Positions 11,601 through 22,603 of a stretch of 64,000 bases of DNA are shown here, in pieces (positions within the stretch are counted from its first letter, which is position 1; each line of letters begins with the position of its first letter). The DNA is taken from assembly GCA_030141605.1 (NCBI GenBank), contig JAQGDQ010000008.1, positions 558,001-622,000 on the forward strand, given 5' to 3'. A model generated the notes under the pieces. It saw only the letters and a list, made by a program, of their open reading frames with translations. It did no database searches and was not told the origin of the DNA. The position numbers and the translations under genes were made by a program. The DNA is from Tubiluchus corallicola (lineage: Eukaryota; Animalia; Priapulida).

Positions 11601-14600
11601 TCATATATATCAACAAGTGTAAGCAATACTAGCATAACTTAGCCTTTATCACTACAATACTGTATGCGGGGCTGACCTCATATCAATACATAAAAGTATT
11701 CCAGTCGTCACATTAATGTGTAAATGTAATAGTGGTAGTAGTGAGAAATTTTATTTGCCATATAAATTACTCAGCTAAGAACAATAAGCAATAATAATAA
11801 TAGCCCGATAAAATGTTTAATAGTAAAAGCAAATGCATCACAAGCTACAGTGCTACAGTTTGAGTGCAAAATTAAAAATTGGCAAATTAAAACACAAGCT
11901 TACCCAAATAAAAAAAGTAAAAAATCAAATCACAAGCAGTTGTAAAATGGCTCCTGACATTTTTGGTAATAATCAGGTATAAGGATGTCACATTATCTGA
12001 ACAGGTTTACCACTGGCGGTAGCTTCAATGCTTGGAGTACAACTGGCAACATACAGGGGATATATAAAACCACATCCTCGATGGGGTATCTTGTGGAAGG
12101 TTTGTGGTAAGTTATTTGGTGAGTCATTTATGTGGAGTATTGCAACAATAATGATATTATTCACTTCTTACACAAACACTTTATTACTTGTAACATATAA
12201 GATATTAATTTCCAACTGAGCCAAAACTTAGCATGATATTTTAGCACGGCTATTTGGTCAAAGGACATTTGGACATGGGGATACTCAGGCAGGAGACTTG
12301 CACACCACTAAAATTTTATATTGCACCTATTTTTTACATATTTATTAAATTTCATATAGCTTGTTGTGGAATTTTCCTAACTGCGTCAGTAAAAGTAGTG
12401 CAACATTTTATCTAGTATTATATTACAATATTGTATTCATTAAACACTTGGTATGCTTTAGGAAAAATGGACCTTGAATGCATTGTTTAGTGCTTGTACT
12501 GTACTGTCTATCAATTTGAAAACAACCAGCTAGATCAGCTAGTGATTGAGTCACTTGAATTATGTATCGCTATCAGTATCAACAATAACTGTAAACATTT
12601 TTGCTGTATCTCTTGCAAAATCCATGATAATATTATGTGATCAGCAGCAGTGTTTTTACACGTGCTGAGTTATACTTTATTTATTGTATTTTTCTTTATG
12701 TATTCATCTTTATTTAGATAGTCATTGTCATCTTTATTTTATTATGATCTTTATTTTGTTAATATATGTTTATAAATTACAGCTTTTGGTGTACGGCTGA
12801 GCCCTTCTAGAGTGCGAAATTAAGTAATCTTGGTATTGTGTAATTATGTCTATTATTATATGCTGTTTTGTTTTTATTTATGATGCTGTGTAATTACATT
12901 AGAATTGGCAATTATGTTTATTATAATTGTACTCAAATGACTTTGTATCTTTTATTGTGTGTATTGCGTGTAGATTTTATTGCTATGTATTAAAATAAGC
13001 TCTTTTGTCCTTTATTCTGTATGTATGTTGTGATGGATTATAATTTGCAACTATGTCGGTTGTATATGATTGTTGTCTTTCAGTGTGTGTAATGTTAGAT
13101 TCTAAAATTATGTATATGACAATATGTTTAGTGCTTTGTAAAAAACTTTTAGCAATTTTAAAACATATCCCTGCTATATATATTGTATCTTGAATGTATA
13201 TTGGGGAATGTATATATGAATATAGGGAATATATATTGCGTCATGTTTTCTGGTAGGTCATTTAAAGATGAAAGCAGGCATTTAGTGGTAATCCCAGAAT
13301 GCTATTTTATTGAAATACAGAATAATCGATGCACTGCTGTACAAATAGATCTAATGAAGTTCAAATCATAATACAATACTCTACATATTGTACATAATTT
13401 TTTCAAAAATAAAGAATTATAATAAAAAGATAAATTATATATAAAAAGCACCTACTATAGTTGTTTCCAATTTTAATGACATGATCGGACGAGCATTCCC
13501 ACTAAGTCTAGGCACTAGGCAACGTGATTTGTAGCACAGCTTCATAATGTATTCTTGTGTAATCAAGTCACGCTGGACATAACAAAAGCAATGTGCTCAA
13601 CTGAGCCAATGCCCAAGTGTCTGATCCCCAATCAGCCATGCCCAAACGTCCTATCCACATGTTTATTCATCTTCTGAATTGAGAAATTTAATATTTGTGA
13701 ATTCAGGTGCAGGATTCGTTGGCTACATGTTTGGAAAGTTTTCTTATCAAGGTGTCTGTCGTGAGAAGCTGATGAAATTGGAAAACAGCCCATTGGCCGA
13801 GGCATTGAGAAGGGGTAAATCTGGCAGAGACCATTATATTGATATGTGAGTAGAAATTTTTGTAATAATTATTTTTTCTTGAAAGATCATCAGATTTATT
13901 CATTTATTTTTTTGTTAATTAATGAAATTAAAGCCATTATTTTTCACCTGTAGTGGAGGAGCAGCTAGTCCCAGTGAGTGCTTAGTCGCAGAAGCGATAC
14001 TGAATTTAGTTAGTATCTGCGCGGGTGACGGTCAGGAAGGTTCTTACAGGGGATTTTATTGACATATTATCTCTGATTGTGGGAAATTGTTTAATACGTC
14101 CAAAGAGGCACCTCCTCCGTCACAGTTTTCATCTCAGACAATTTTCTTTATAATGAGGTCCGGTCCTTCCACAAATTGGTTTTTCTATTAAGTGTTAGAT
14201 TTTGGCTTGCAGAGTAGCGAACTGTTAAGATTTTGAAATTTTTGGAATATTTTCAATTTTCACAGAGCAATGCATTTTCACGGAGTCGTATGCCTCTGTT
14301 TATGTTTATGCCTGTTTAGGTGTTAACACACTTCATATTTTAATTATTCTCTGTCTTATCATAAGGGTGTAATATGTAAATCATAACCTTTCCAGGGCAT
14401 GGAACGCTTCCAGCACTGAACAGCAACAATCTGGATTAAGTAGGTTACAATCAGGCACATCAGACGATTATCAGGGCACTTTTGATGTGGACACAGACAC
14501 GAGAGCAGACCACAAGGGATTAGATGATACGTTTAGGCCTAATGTAGATTGTAAGTTGATATAATTAGTCAATGGCTGCTTTAACATTTCCTGTGATTGA

Positions 14601-17600
14601 TTATTGTTGATTTTAATGAATTAAGATTCTGCTTACAGCAGAATCTTCTTGATTTACCCGCGATTTTTATTTTTATTCATTTATTTATTATTATAACTTA
14701 TGACGTTTTGTTTCTTTAATAACTCATACACGCGCAGGGCTAGGGTCACGAATCTCATATGACACACTTCCAGGTAGGGGGATTTATATCAATATGAGAC
14801 TCGTCACCCTTGGGTCAAAGGTCGTGTAGCGGGGAGGGCTTCATATTTTTTCGTTAGGCTGGATCTCCTACAGTTTTTGAGCTAGGGCCACAATTTTTGG
14901 TATGTTGTAAGGTGATGTCGAGTTGTGCATGGCTGAATATGAGCCATTTGCGTGTGGAAAATTTTTCGGTAGCTGGCAAAAAACCAAAATTGAGGTGGTT
15001 GGGGACAGTAGATTATATGACCTTTTAAAAGTCCATGGTTGCTATGGTGTACAAGGTCTTAATCTGGTGGTTGCCAGGGTGTAAAAATGACCATTTCTTC
15101 CAAGACAGATAAAGTACATATTCTTTGACAATTTTGAGGCCAAACAGATGCAACATACAGAAAACATTGTAATGCTAGAGTTTTCGACACTGCCAAAATT
15201 TTGGCTCACCCGGGATCACCCAAAGGTCATCAAAAGGGAATATCTCAATCATATTGAGTAATATATCAAATTAAAGCTTGGGGTGAGGCTGGTTTGACAC
15301 TAACAAATGTTGGCCCATCTGGGGTCACCTAAAGGGCATCTGCAGGAAATGTGTCAAACATTGTGTAATATATCAAATTAAAGCTTATGCAGAGGCAGTT
15401 TGACATGGTTCATTAAAACATCGATCATCTTTGACAAATGAGTTAATCTTCTTTATTTTGCCAAAACCTTTGTCCTTCATCTTAGATTTGTAGTAGTAAC
15501 CTTTGATGTGTAGTAACCTTTGCATAAAGTGCATGTCAAACTGAATGACCAAGGTCAAAAATTTTGGGCCATCTGGGGTCACCTACAGGGCATCTCAAGG
15601 AAATATCTCCAATAATTGTGTAATAATTATAGGGTACTATAAGCTTAGAAACTCAGTACTAGAATGATAACCTTAAGGATCTTATTTGGGTCTGATTTAG
15701 GAAGATGCTAAATGCAAAGTTAATAGGAAGACAAAAGAGAGCACAGCAGGATATGTCAGGGCATTATAATTAGGGCATTATAATTAGTTGTGGGTGTAAA
15801 GGCACTATCAGAGTTTTTCTGACACTAATGCATTTGTATACTAGTAGGATGTCATGGCAACGTGGTAACATATGACCCCCAATAAGCCAGTGTGCTTTTG
15901 TGCTTGAGCAATCATTCTACCACATGTCACACAAGTTTGTTGTGGTTATTGCAAATTTTTCTTTAGGGGACCTACACCGTCATTGACGGTCTGGTTAATT
16001 ATTGTAAAAACAGTTTTTATTTGTAAATACAAAACAAAAGCTGTCAGTTAAAGCATCTCTTGTCACAGAAGCAGAATCTTACCACAGTTTTTGACACAGT
16101 CAAAAACGTCCACTAGTTATTTTTTCTTGGCTCTTTGAGTAAGAAAATCTGAAACAGTTTGCAAACAGATAATTAAAATTCTGCAAAGTCTTCCTGGAAA
16201 TACACCATATATTTATTTATTCATTTTATTCTCAACTGTGAATGAATAACTTTAAAAAACCACACTATCTAGAGTCACCAAACTTGCAGGGTAGAAACCT
16301 GAGGTAGGGGCTCATACATTGATCTGGAAGGATGAAGAGCACTGGACATCAGTTGTTTTGAGTATGGCTAAGGCTTTAGCTTAAATTCTTTTTTCTCAAG
16401 TATTTAGGCCCTGTGGGGTAGTGTGCATTAAATTAAGCATTTTTTAGAAATCAGAATGTGGAAAAGTTCCAAGTTGGGAGCCGAAATGTGAAAATTAGGG
16501 CAGATGGCTTTGTCACTCCACTTCCCTTACAGTATTGGACTAGGAACATAATGAATTCATTGAACACAAAGATTAGACCTTTGGCTCCCTGGCTCATGGG
16601 GTTGTGGATCCAAAAGTGACAGGTTTTGATTTGATTAAAAAGAAATGCAATTCATGGGTAATCAAGCATGGCAAATTTAGCAAAATCGAATTTATGATCT
16701 TGAACTAGTCTGACTTAACAACAAAAATCTGCCCTAGTCCAGAGGCTATAAAGATTGATAACCTGGGAACTTTTTACCAATCGTGTTATAATGTAATGTT
16801 ATGTGACACATTACACTACATTGCATTATTTTGCAAATTACAGTATTATTACATTACAGTAATGTTAGGCTTACTTAGAGTAACGTAATGTACATTGCTC
16901 TATTATAAAGCATTACACTACTTCACAAAATTACATTACACTTGCAGAACGTACATTGCAGATGCAGAACCTTCAGTTTATGACTTTGTCATAAACAGTT
17001 TTCTAGTTATAATTATATTTCATGTTTTTGGTTTTATATCAATTAAATTTTGTTAAATACTTTGTAATTTCCAACATTCTCTTTGGCTTGGCTGTCTGCA
17101 CTATACTCCTCCAGATCATGTTTTTACACCAATTGTTAAGAAATCTAGTAGAGCCCAAGTGCAGTTTGTCTTGCTACAGTAACTGCTTCGGCTCAGTGAA
17201 TTAATTTTCTTATTTGTGTGTTCTTAACAGCTGATCCTGTATATAATGAACCTCTTGGCAAAGCTCTGCAAAGTGAAAAGCCGTTAGTAACTTATGATGA
17301 GCTTCGACAGCAGAATAGAAATGAATACAACAAAAGATTTCAGGTATGTGCTTTGTGTTTGGTCTTCAATAACGTGCAGTGTACACCTCATAACATTAGC
17401 CAAAATAATATATAGCATAACAGTTTTTCAATTGACATTCCTGCCTTTATAATAATCATTGTGTACTGTACACAAATTGAGAGTTCCCATTATTTAATCA
17501 GTTATGTTTAATATTGCTTGAAAATTTCAAGGTTGTTGGTTAAGTATTTTCTACTCTAAGCACAACTGAAGAAAACAGGCTATATGATTGTTAAAGCAAT

Positions 17601-20098
17601 AGGCCATAATGGTTCTAATTGTAAAGCTACACTGAAATGTGTACGTAATAACCATTACGTGCCATGGCAGGCATTGTTTACTTGCACCCGAATGCTTGAG
17701 ATTATTTTTCTCAATGCAGTTTTTCTATAAAAATTGCATCTCTTGGTTTCGAGTTCATTAAAAATGTGTTTAATTAACCCAGTATTGAAATAATGATATT
17801 AATTAATAAGAATTATTTATACCATTAAAAACTATTCCCACATTTTTCATCCTTTTCTGACCAGAATGTGAGTCTGACAAATTTCGACTAACATTGGAAG
17901 AAATCAGACTTGGGTCTTGAAATTTCAATCTTGTAGAATGTTGACCTTATTTTTAACATAGGAGGCATATATGCAGGACCTTGTTGATAAAATGAGGTAA
18001 ATTTTGTGATTTTTAAGTGCTGACAGACCGGCAAGGAATGTGTATTTTGCAGAATTTAGCACTCCATGTACATATCAAGAACCATATTGCATAAACGTAG
18101 CTGTGCCTATTATACCTGTCTTATCTGGGAGAGTTATTCTTGATAATAAACTAGATTTCAGTCTTGCCACATCAATTTATGTTGAATAATGGCTTTGGTT
18201 TGCAAAGTGCATAGTTACATAAAAAAATTTAAGTAATTTAATATATTGGTCAATTGATATTTTTAGGTTCCTTCTGCAGAAAGTAGAGTTACTTCGGATT
18301 TTTCACACATAAAGGAACGGCCACGGCCTACAGCTCCGTCATCTTTTAGGCAACGGGAAGGTTCTTTAGGCAAGTTTTGGAATTAACAGCAGGAATCTAA
18401 AATTCAGTTTGTGGGTGATTTTCTCTTGGTCAGCAACTAAAATACTTGTCAACCTGTCCTACATAGTGCATATTATACAGTCTAACCTCGTTATCTCGCC
18501 CACTGTCCGTCTAGGGCAAATTTTTGGCGAGAGGCGAGTATGGTGAGATAACGGGAATATAACAAAGTTAGTCTATATGTATATACATACTGTACATAAT
18601 AGTTGGTTAACATAGTGTTCCTCTATGTACATATAAAATATATTTCGCATTATGATACCAATCAACATTAAATCAGAAATGAAAAAATGTCATTTTGGCT
18701 CGCAGTGTTTCCGAAATCTGTCTAAAATTATGTCTGGATTCGCCCTATCATCGTCGTTCAGACCCCACGAGTTGAAGATTTTTAGGCCGTCTTGGCCTAT
18801 CCACTGCAAAATATACCTGGCTTTTTGTGCGTCAGTTTTAGTTGTTAGCGGGCCTTGAAAAATGTCTGCAATACTGCTCAAACGCTTTAGAACTCGACGG
18901 TAAATCACGACAACTCCAGTCCATACAAGGTGGATTTATTCCCGATAAATCTCCCATTATTTCTTGGCACTGAGTTTCGTTGAAGTAATTATACGTAGCG
19001 TTTAAAATTATTGTAACAGACAACACAGTTCGTAGTAAGCTATTGCGTCGCACACTGTAGAACTGTTTATAAAAGTCTGCTGTTTTACTCACTGACGTGC
19101 CCTCGCTTGCTATGTCAAGACTTCAAGTTCACTGTCTCGGAAATCCAATTGTTTTTTTTGCGCACAGATCTGAGCGTCGGGGCTTTCGCGGGAACGTGCC
19201 AACGTGGTCTCCTGCTGAGTGGCCGTGCGTTTACAGCTAGTATGCCTTTCTGATATTAAACTTCCTTGAAAACTGGTATTTCTCACAGCTTCCTGGTGTT
19301 TAGCTGTGTAAGTCCGTTTCCACTGGCTGCCACCATGTAATATTATGTACTAGAACACAGTATTTATATGTAAATTTCCTTTTTTTTGTTCAAGATTAAG
19401 ACAAAACAGTTTTCGCTTCAGAGATACAATGTAAAGTTGCTCACACTTTGTGGAAACTCAAACTTAAACGCAGCTTTGGTGTTATAGAGTAAGGATATCG
19501 GTGACGCTTTAGTTTCTCTGCGCATTAACCAACCACAGCACTCCTAATCTAATCCTGGTGAGACACACACTAGATTAATTATGTCTGTCTATCAAGTACA
19601 GCAGCATTGTCTGCATACCGCGGTTATATTGATCGACACGCGGTATATGTATTGATCTATTCATCTCTGAGTTTGTCTGTTTGGCGACATAACGAATATA
19701 GTTTACATAAGCACTCATCCTAGCATGACGTGGCGACTTAACGAGGTAAATATCAAAGCAGAAAATCCGTCCTGGTACTTTCTATGGCGAGAGACGAGCT
19801 TGGCGGCATAACGAGGTTAGACTGTAGAAAGTATAATAGAAGGCATGTTATAGAAAGTATAATAGAAGACAGTAGTGAAGCTGTGAAATTGAAACATTGC
19901 AAAAATAATTTCGTTAAGCAGTGTTGGCGAGTACATCAACTGCAAAAAATATTCGCTGTTTTTCTTTTCTTCTTTATTGAACTCTACTCATTAGCAACAA
20001 TGCAAAAACTTAGTAAAAAACAACGACAAAATAATTGTTAGTTTTTATTTTCAGAAACAAAGAACAAGTATGGTGATGCGTGGGAAGAAACAACATAA
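5532..20098 (+). CDS. OCIAD1: OCIA domain-containing protein 1 (OCIAD1/asrij-like), 8 coding exons, ~280 aa
   Basis: Exons 5532-5648, 11346-11415, 12005-12106, 13707-13845, 14396-14550, 17231-17343, 18267-18369 (or -18360) and 20055-20098 join in frame. OCIA domain [24 protein letters not shown]...KPHPRWG...[30 protein letters not shown]; conserved [11 protein letters not shown]; C-terminal KNKYGDAWE. Confidence 0.9.
5700..6960 (-). mobile_element. 5'-truncated, decayed CR1-type LINE in OCIAD1 intron 1
   Basis: ORF pieces [92 protein letters not shown] are typical of the CR1 ORF2 C-terminus. Multiple frameshifts. Confidence 0.9.
7000..10360 (+). mobile_element. Internally deleted non-LTR retrotransposon: ORF1 (PHD finger, coiled coil, CCCH finger), APE endonuclease start and CCHC-type C-terminus, RT core missing
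   Basis: [22 protein letters not shown] (PHD, 7900-8026); coiled coil 8102-8446; [16 protein letters not shown] (~8670-8726); [23 protein letters not shown] (APE, 9050-9430); [26 protein letters not shown] (~9920-10040). Boundaries are approximate. Confidence 0.8.
11346..11415 (+). CDS. OCIAD1: OCIAD1 exon 2
   Basis: ttcag|[23 protein letters not shown]|gtaagt. Confidence 0.9.
12005..12106 (+). CDS. OCIAD1: OCIAD1 exon 3
   Basis: acag|[34 protein letters not shown]|gtaagt. Confidence 0.9.
13707..13845 (+). CDS. OCIAD1: OCIAD1 exon 4
   Basis: ttcag|[46 protein letters not shown]|gtgagt. Confidence 0.9.
14396..14550 (+). CDS. OCIAD1: OCIAD1 exon 5
   Basis: ttccag|[10 protein letters not shown]...[12 protein letters not shown]|gtaagt. 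Phases 2 and 1 fit the neighbouring exons. Confidence 0.8.
14621..16118 (+). mobile_element. Non-autonomous Helentron/HINE (DINE-1/CvA-like) element
   Basis: 5' hairpin ttaagattctgc-ttaca-gcagaatctt; AT-rich microsatellite-like tract; ~105-bp internal repeats (15195-15410, 15555-15650); 3' subTIR gcagaatctt (16071-16080), hairpin gtttttgac-aca-gtcaaaaac (16087-16107), then CTAG-TT. Confidence 0.7.
17231..17343 (+). CDS. OCIAD1: OCIAD1 exon 6
   Basis: aacag|[37 protein letters not shown]|gtatgt. Confidence 0.9.
18267..18369 (+). CDS. OCIAD1: OCIAD1 exon 7 (GC donor at 18370; alternative GT donor at 18361)
   Basis: ttttag|[34 protein letters not shown]|gcaagt. Supplies the phase 0-to-1 change needed between exons 6 and 8. 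Confidence 0.7.
18478..19824. mobile_element. Tigger/pogo-type (Tc1/mariner) non-autonomous DNA transposon
   Basis: TA|CAGTCTAACCTCGTTAT ... ATAACGAGGTTAGACTG|TA: 17-bp perfect TIR, TA target duplication, and subterminal tggcgaNATAACGA repeats. Confidence 0.9.
18690..19400 (-). mobile_element. Gypsy-type LTR retrotransposon fragment (LTR end, PBS, gag N-terminus) inside the Tigger element
   Basis: The minus strand reads ttaCA-TGGTGGCAGC (LTR end plus tRNA-Leu-like PBS, 19337-19326). A frameshifted gag start follows: [65 protein letters not shown]. Confidence 0.75.
20055..20098 (+). CDS. OCIAD1: OCIAD1 exon 8 (terminal)
   Basis: ttttcag|[13 protein letters not shown]; KNKYGD-W is the conserved OCIAD1 C-terminus. 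Confidence 0.9.
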
Positions 20099-20882
20099 CA
20101 ATTTGTTGCTTTACTTGTTGTAAAAATTTGCTTTGTAACAGATCCCTTTAGTTGTTGTATAAACTGACAAGGCCAGCAATATATGCAGATTTCATTGTGT
20201 ATTAAAATTTTGTTATTCTGCATACAACTGTTGACTTTTCCATGTTGTGTTGTGGTATAGATATAGTGAAATTAGTTCGTGGTGGGGAAGCAGATTAGGG
20301 TTATGGTATTTACAGTTCAAATCCAGGCTGGGTCCCACTTCTTAACATTACTCGTCTTTCATATTTAGTTTCAAAAAGTGAACAATTATCAATAAGGAGC
20401 CATGTGATTAATTTAATCAGCCAGGAAGACAAGCATGTGCAGTTGTGTATGTTTTTTATTAAACTCATTACAGCTGCCAACAACTACAATTCATGCAACA
20501 CCTACAAAAATATACTCTGTAAAGATTCTATTTCAAAATTTTCAACATTTATAAAACAAATAAAAGCACTTCATTCATCGGTCAGATAACTTCGAACGTG
20601 GTAATTACTGCCACAAGTCAATGATTCCTAATAAATGTGATCCTCGTGTAATATCAACACAAAAAAAGTGAGAATATAAACATGCAATATTACAACATTT
20701 GAGCAATTAAATGTATGACCACACTTAAAAAACAAATTCTGTAATTTTAATGCTGTCGATGAAACAGTAACATAGACACACTCGAGACTATTTGCTGCAG
20801 AAGCCTAGTGTCCCTTAATGTTGAAAATGCTAGTGCCCAGATCCTATTAAAAATACAGGAAGTATATAAGTATGTACATAAC

Positions 20883-21098
20883 TTGGTTAGACTGACAACT
20901 GTATACAATAATATAATTTGACTGGACTAAAAACTGCATACTTCGTATTTATGTTGTTTGTTTGGACTGAAATCTGTATATGTTGTACTTGTTTTTTTTA
21001 TTTTGAGTGAAATCTGTATAGGTTACAAGCACTTATGTTGTTTGGTTAGATTGAAAACTGTATAGGGTGTATTTCTATTTGGTTGGATTAACAATTGA
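20883..21098. repeat. Degenerate ~39-bp tandem repeat (~6 units)
   Basis: Recurring ttggttaga(c/t)tga(a/c)aactgtata-like motif at about 20883, 20917, 20960, 21000, 21042 and 21079. Confidence 0.6.
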
Positions 21099-22369
21099 GC
21101 TAGGAGCATTTATTGTAGGTCCTACTTTCTTGAGAGAAGGACTTGGTCAGAATACGACAATAATGCAAGACAAGTATCTTCATCACAAAAATGGCTATTA
21201 ACAAAATTCCTGTATAAGAGCTTACACAGAGGTATATCGGAGAGTGGAAAAAACAATAGCTTTCAAATGCAATTGATACACAGGAGATGTAAAAAAATAA
21301 TGTAAGACGATAAAAAGATTCAACTTCCCAATAAGGAGAATTCACTGGAGACTTACAATATTAACAAATTTAGTGCCTCCATTTGTGACATATCTTAAAC
21401 TCGATAATTACAATACCATTGCATTGTAGTACAGACTAAGATACGACAGTTACTGACTTTGTATATTAGCACATAAGATAAAATTATATCAAAAAATAGA
21501 TTTCAGTGGGTAGGAGATTGAAGCTACGAGTTTCATAAGATTATAGCTAAGTCAAAATATTCCATGATATGTGACATTGGCACCTTTCTACTGTCACTGT
21601 GGTGAATGCATTTAAAATGGGACAGTACTCATAATACACAATGCCCACAATTTATTGCATACAACGGTATTTCACATGCTTTACAAAAACCTGTCTACAA
21701 AAACACGAAAGAAAGAAAAACTCCCACTGGGAGGTTAGTGTGAGATTTAAATAAGAATATGAGCGATTTCTATGCTTGAATAATGCCAGTTAGGTGAAAT
21801 GACCAAAAAGCGAGCTAACGATAATGTTCATGGTTAAAATCCAGTAACATGAGAATTTCACCTATGACAACTTGAAAATCATATTCACAAATTACTGCCA
21901 AGGTAAAAACAGCATTTTCTAACAACTAATTTACACAATGTTCTGGTACATCTAGGTAAGCCTTCCGCAGTTCCAACCGATTAAAAGATGCCTACCTACA
22001 AATAGTAGATACATCCATGTTGTGTCAAACAGGTTCTGGCTAAATGCACTGCTTACACGCATTTGGAACCAAATTCTCCACCTGCAGGCCCCATCTATAT
22101 GATTTGATTCTAACTTGTTTGCTATCGTCATAAAAGTATTCAAAGCATATCCTCACTTACATGTATTTAGGTTGTAACATGCAAAAAAGCTACAAAAAGT
22201 ATTGCATGAAAGTTAGCAGGCATACTGTGGTTTGATTACAATGCAAAATCTTACTTAATAAGCTCACCTAATTACTGAACAGCACCACAAGAACATTAAA
22301 TTCAACTGTTGTTAATGAGTGTGTACAGCAGCTTCGCAGTTATTAATTAAACTAATAACATAAGATCTT

Positions 22370-22603
22370 CTATATTTTGCTCTGAGTCGATTGATCATAC
22401 GGCGCATATTGTTGCGTCACTACGGGATTGTCGTACACGGCTGCCGATGCCCGCGAATCCCATCTATTCTGCGGAAACAGATTTCTCACTACTCCATCGA
22501 GAAACAGTTTCTTTCTCCTGCTTAACATGTGTGCATAATCTGTCTTGTAAGGTTCTACTGCTGGTCCCCAACCCGGCTTCTCTTTTATGCTGTTATATAG
22601 ACG
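22370..22603 (-). CDS. SLC6 transporter coding exon 13 (terminal)
   Basis: ttcag|[15 protein letters not shown]...STQSKI*. Confidence 0.85.
   Translation of the reverse strand, partial: RLYNSIKEKPGWGPAVEPYKTDYAHMLSRRKKLFLDGVVRNLFPQNRWDSRASAAVYDNPVVTQQYAPYDQSTQSKI

Noticed and set aside
12240-13660. Possible old MITE bounded by ggacatttggacatgg / ccatgcccaaacgtcc inverted motifs
   Set aside because: The termini are too degenerate to define boundaries or a TSD.
20250-20340. tRNA-like B-box GTTCAAATCC (also on the minus strand near 52470)
   Set aside because: No cloverleaf can be formed. At most a decayed tRNA-SINE head, not a tRNA gene.
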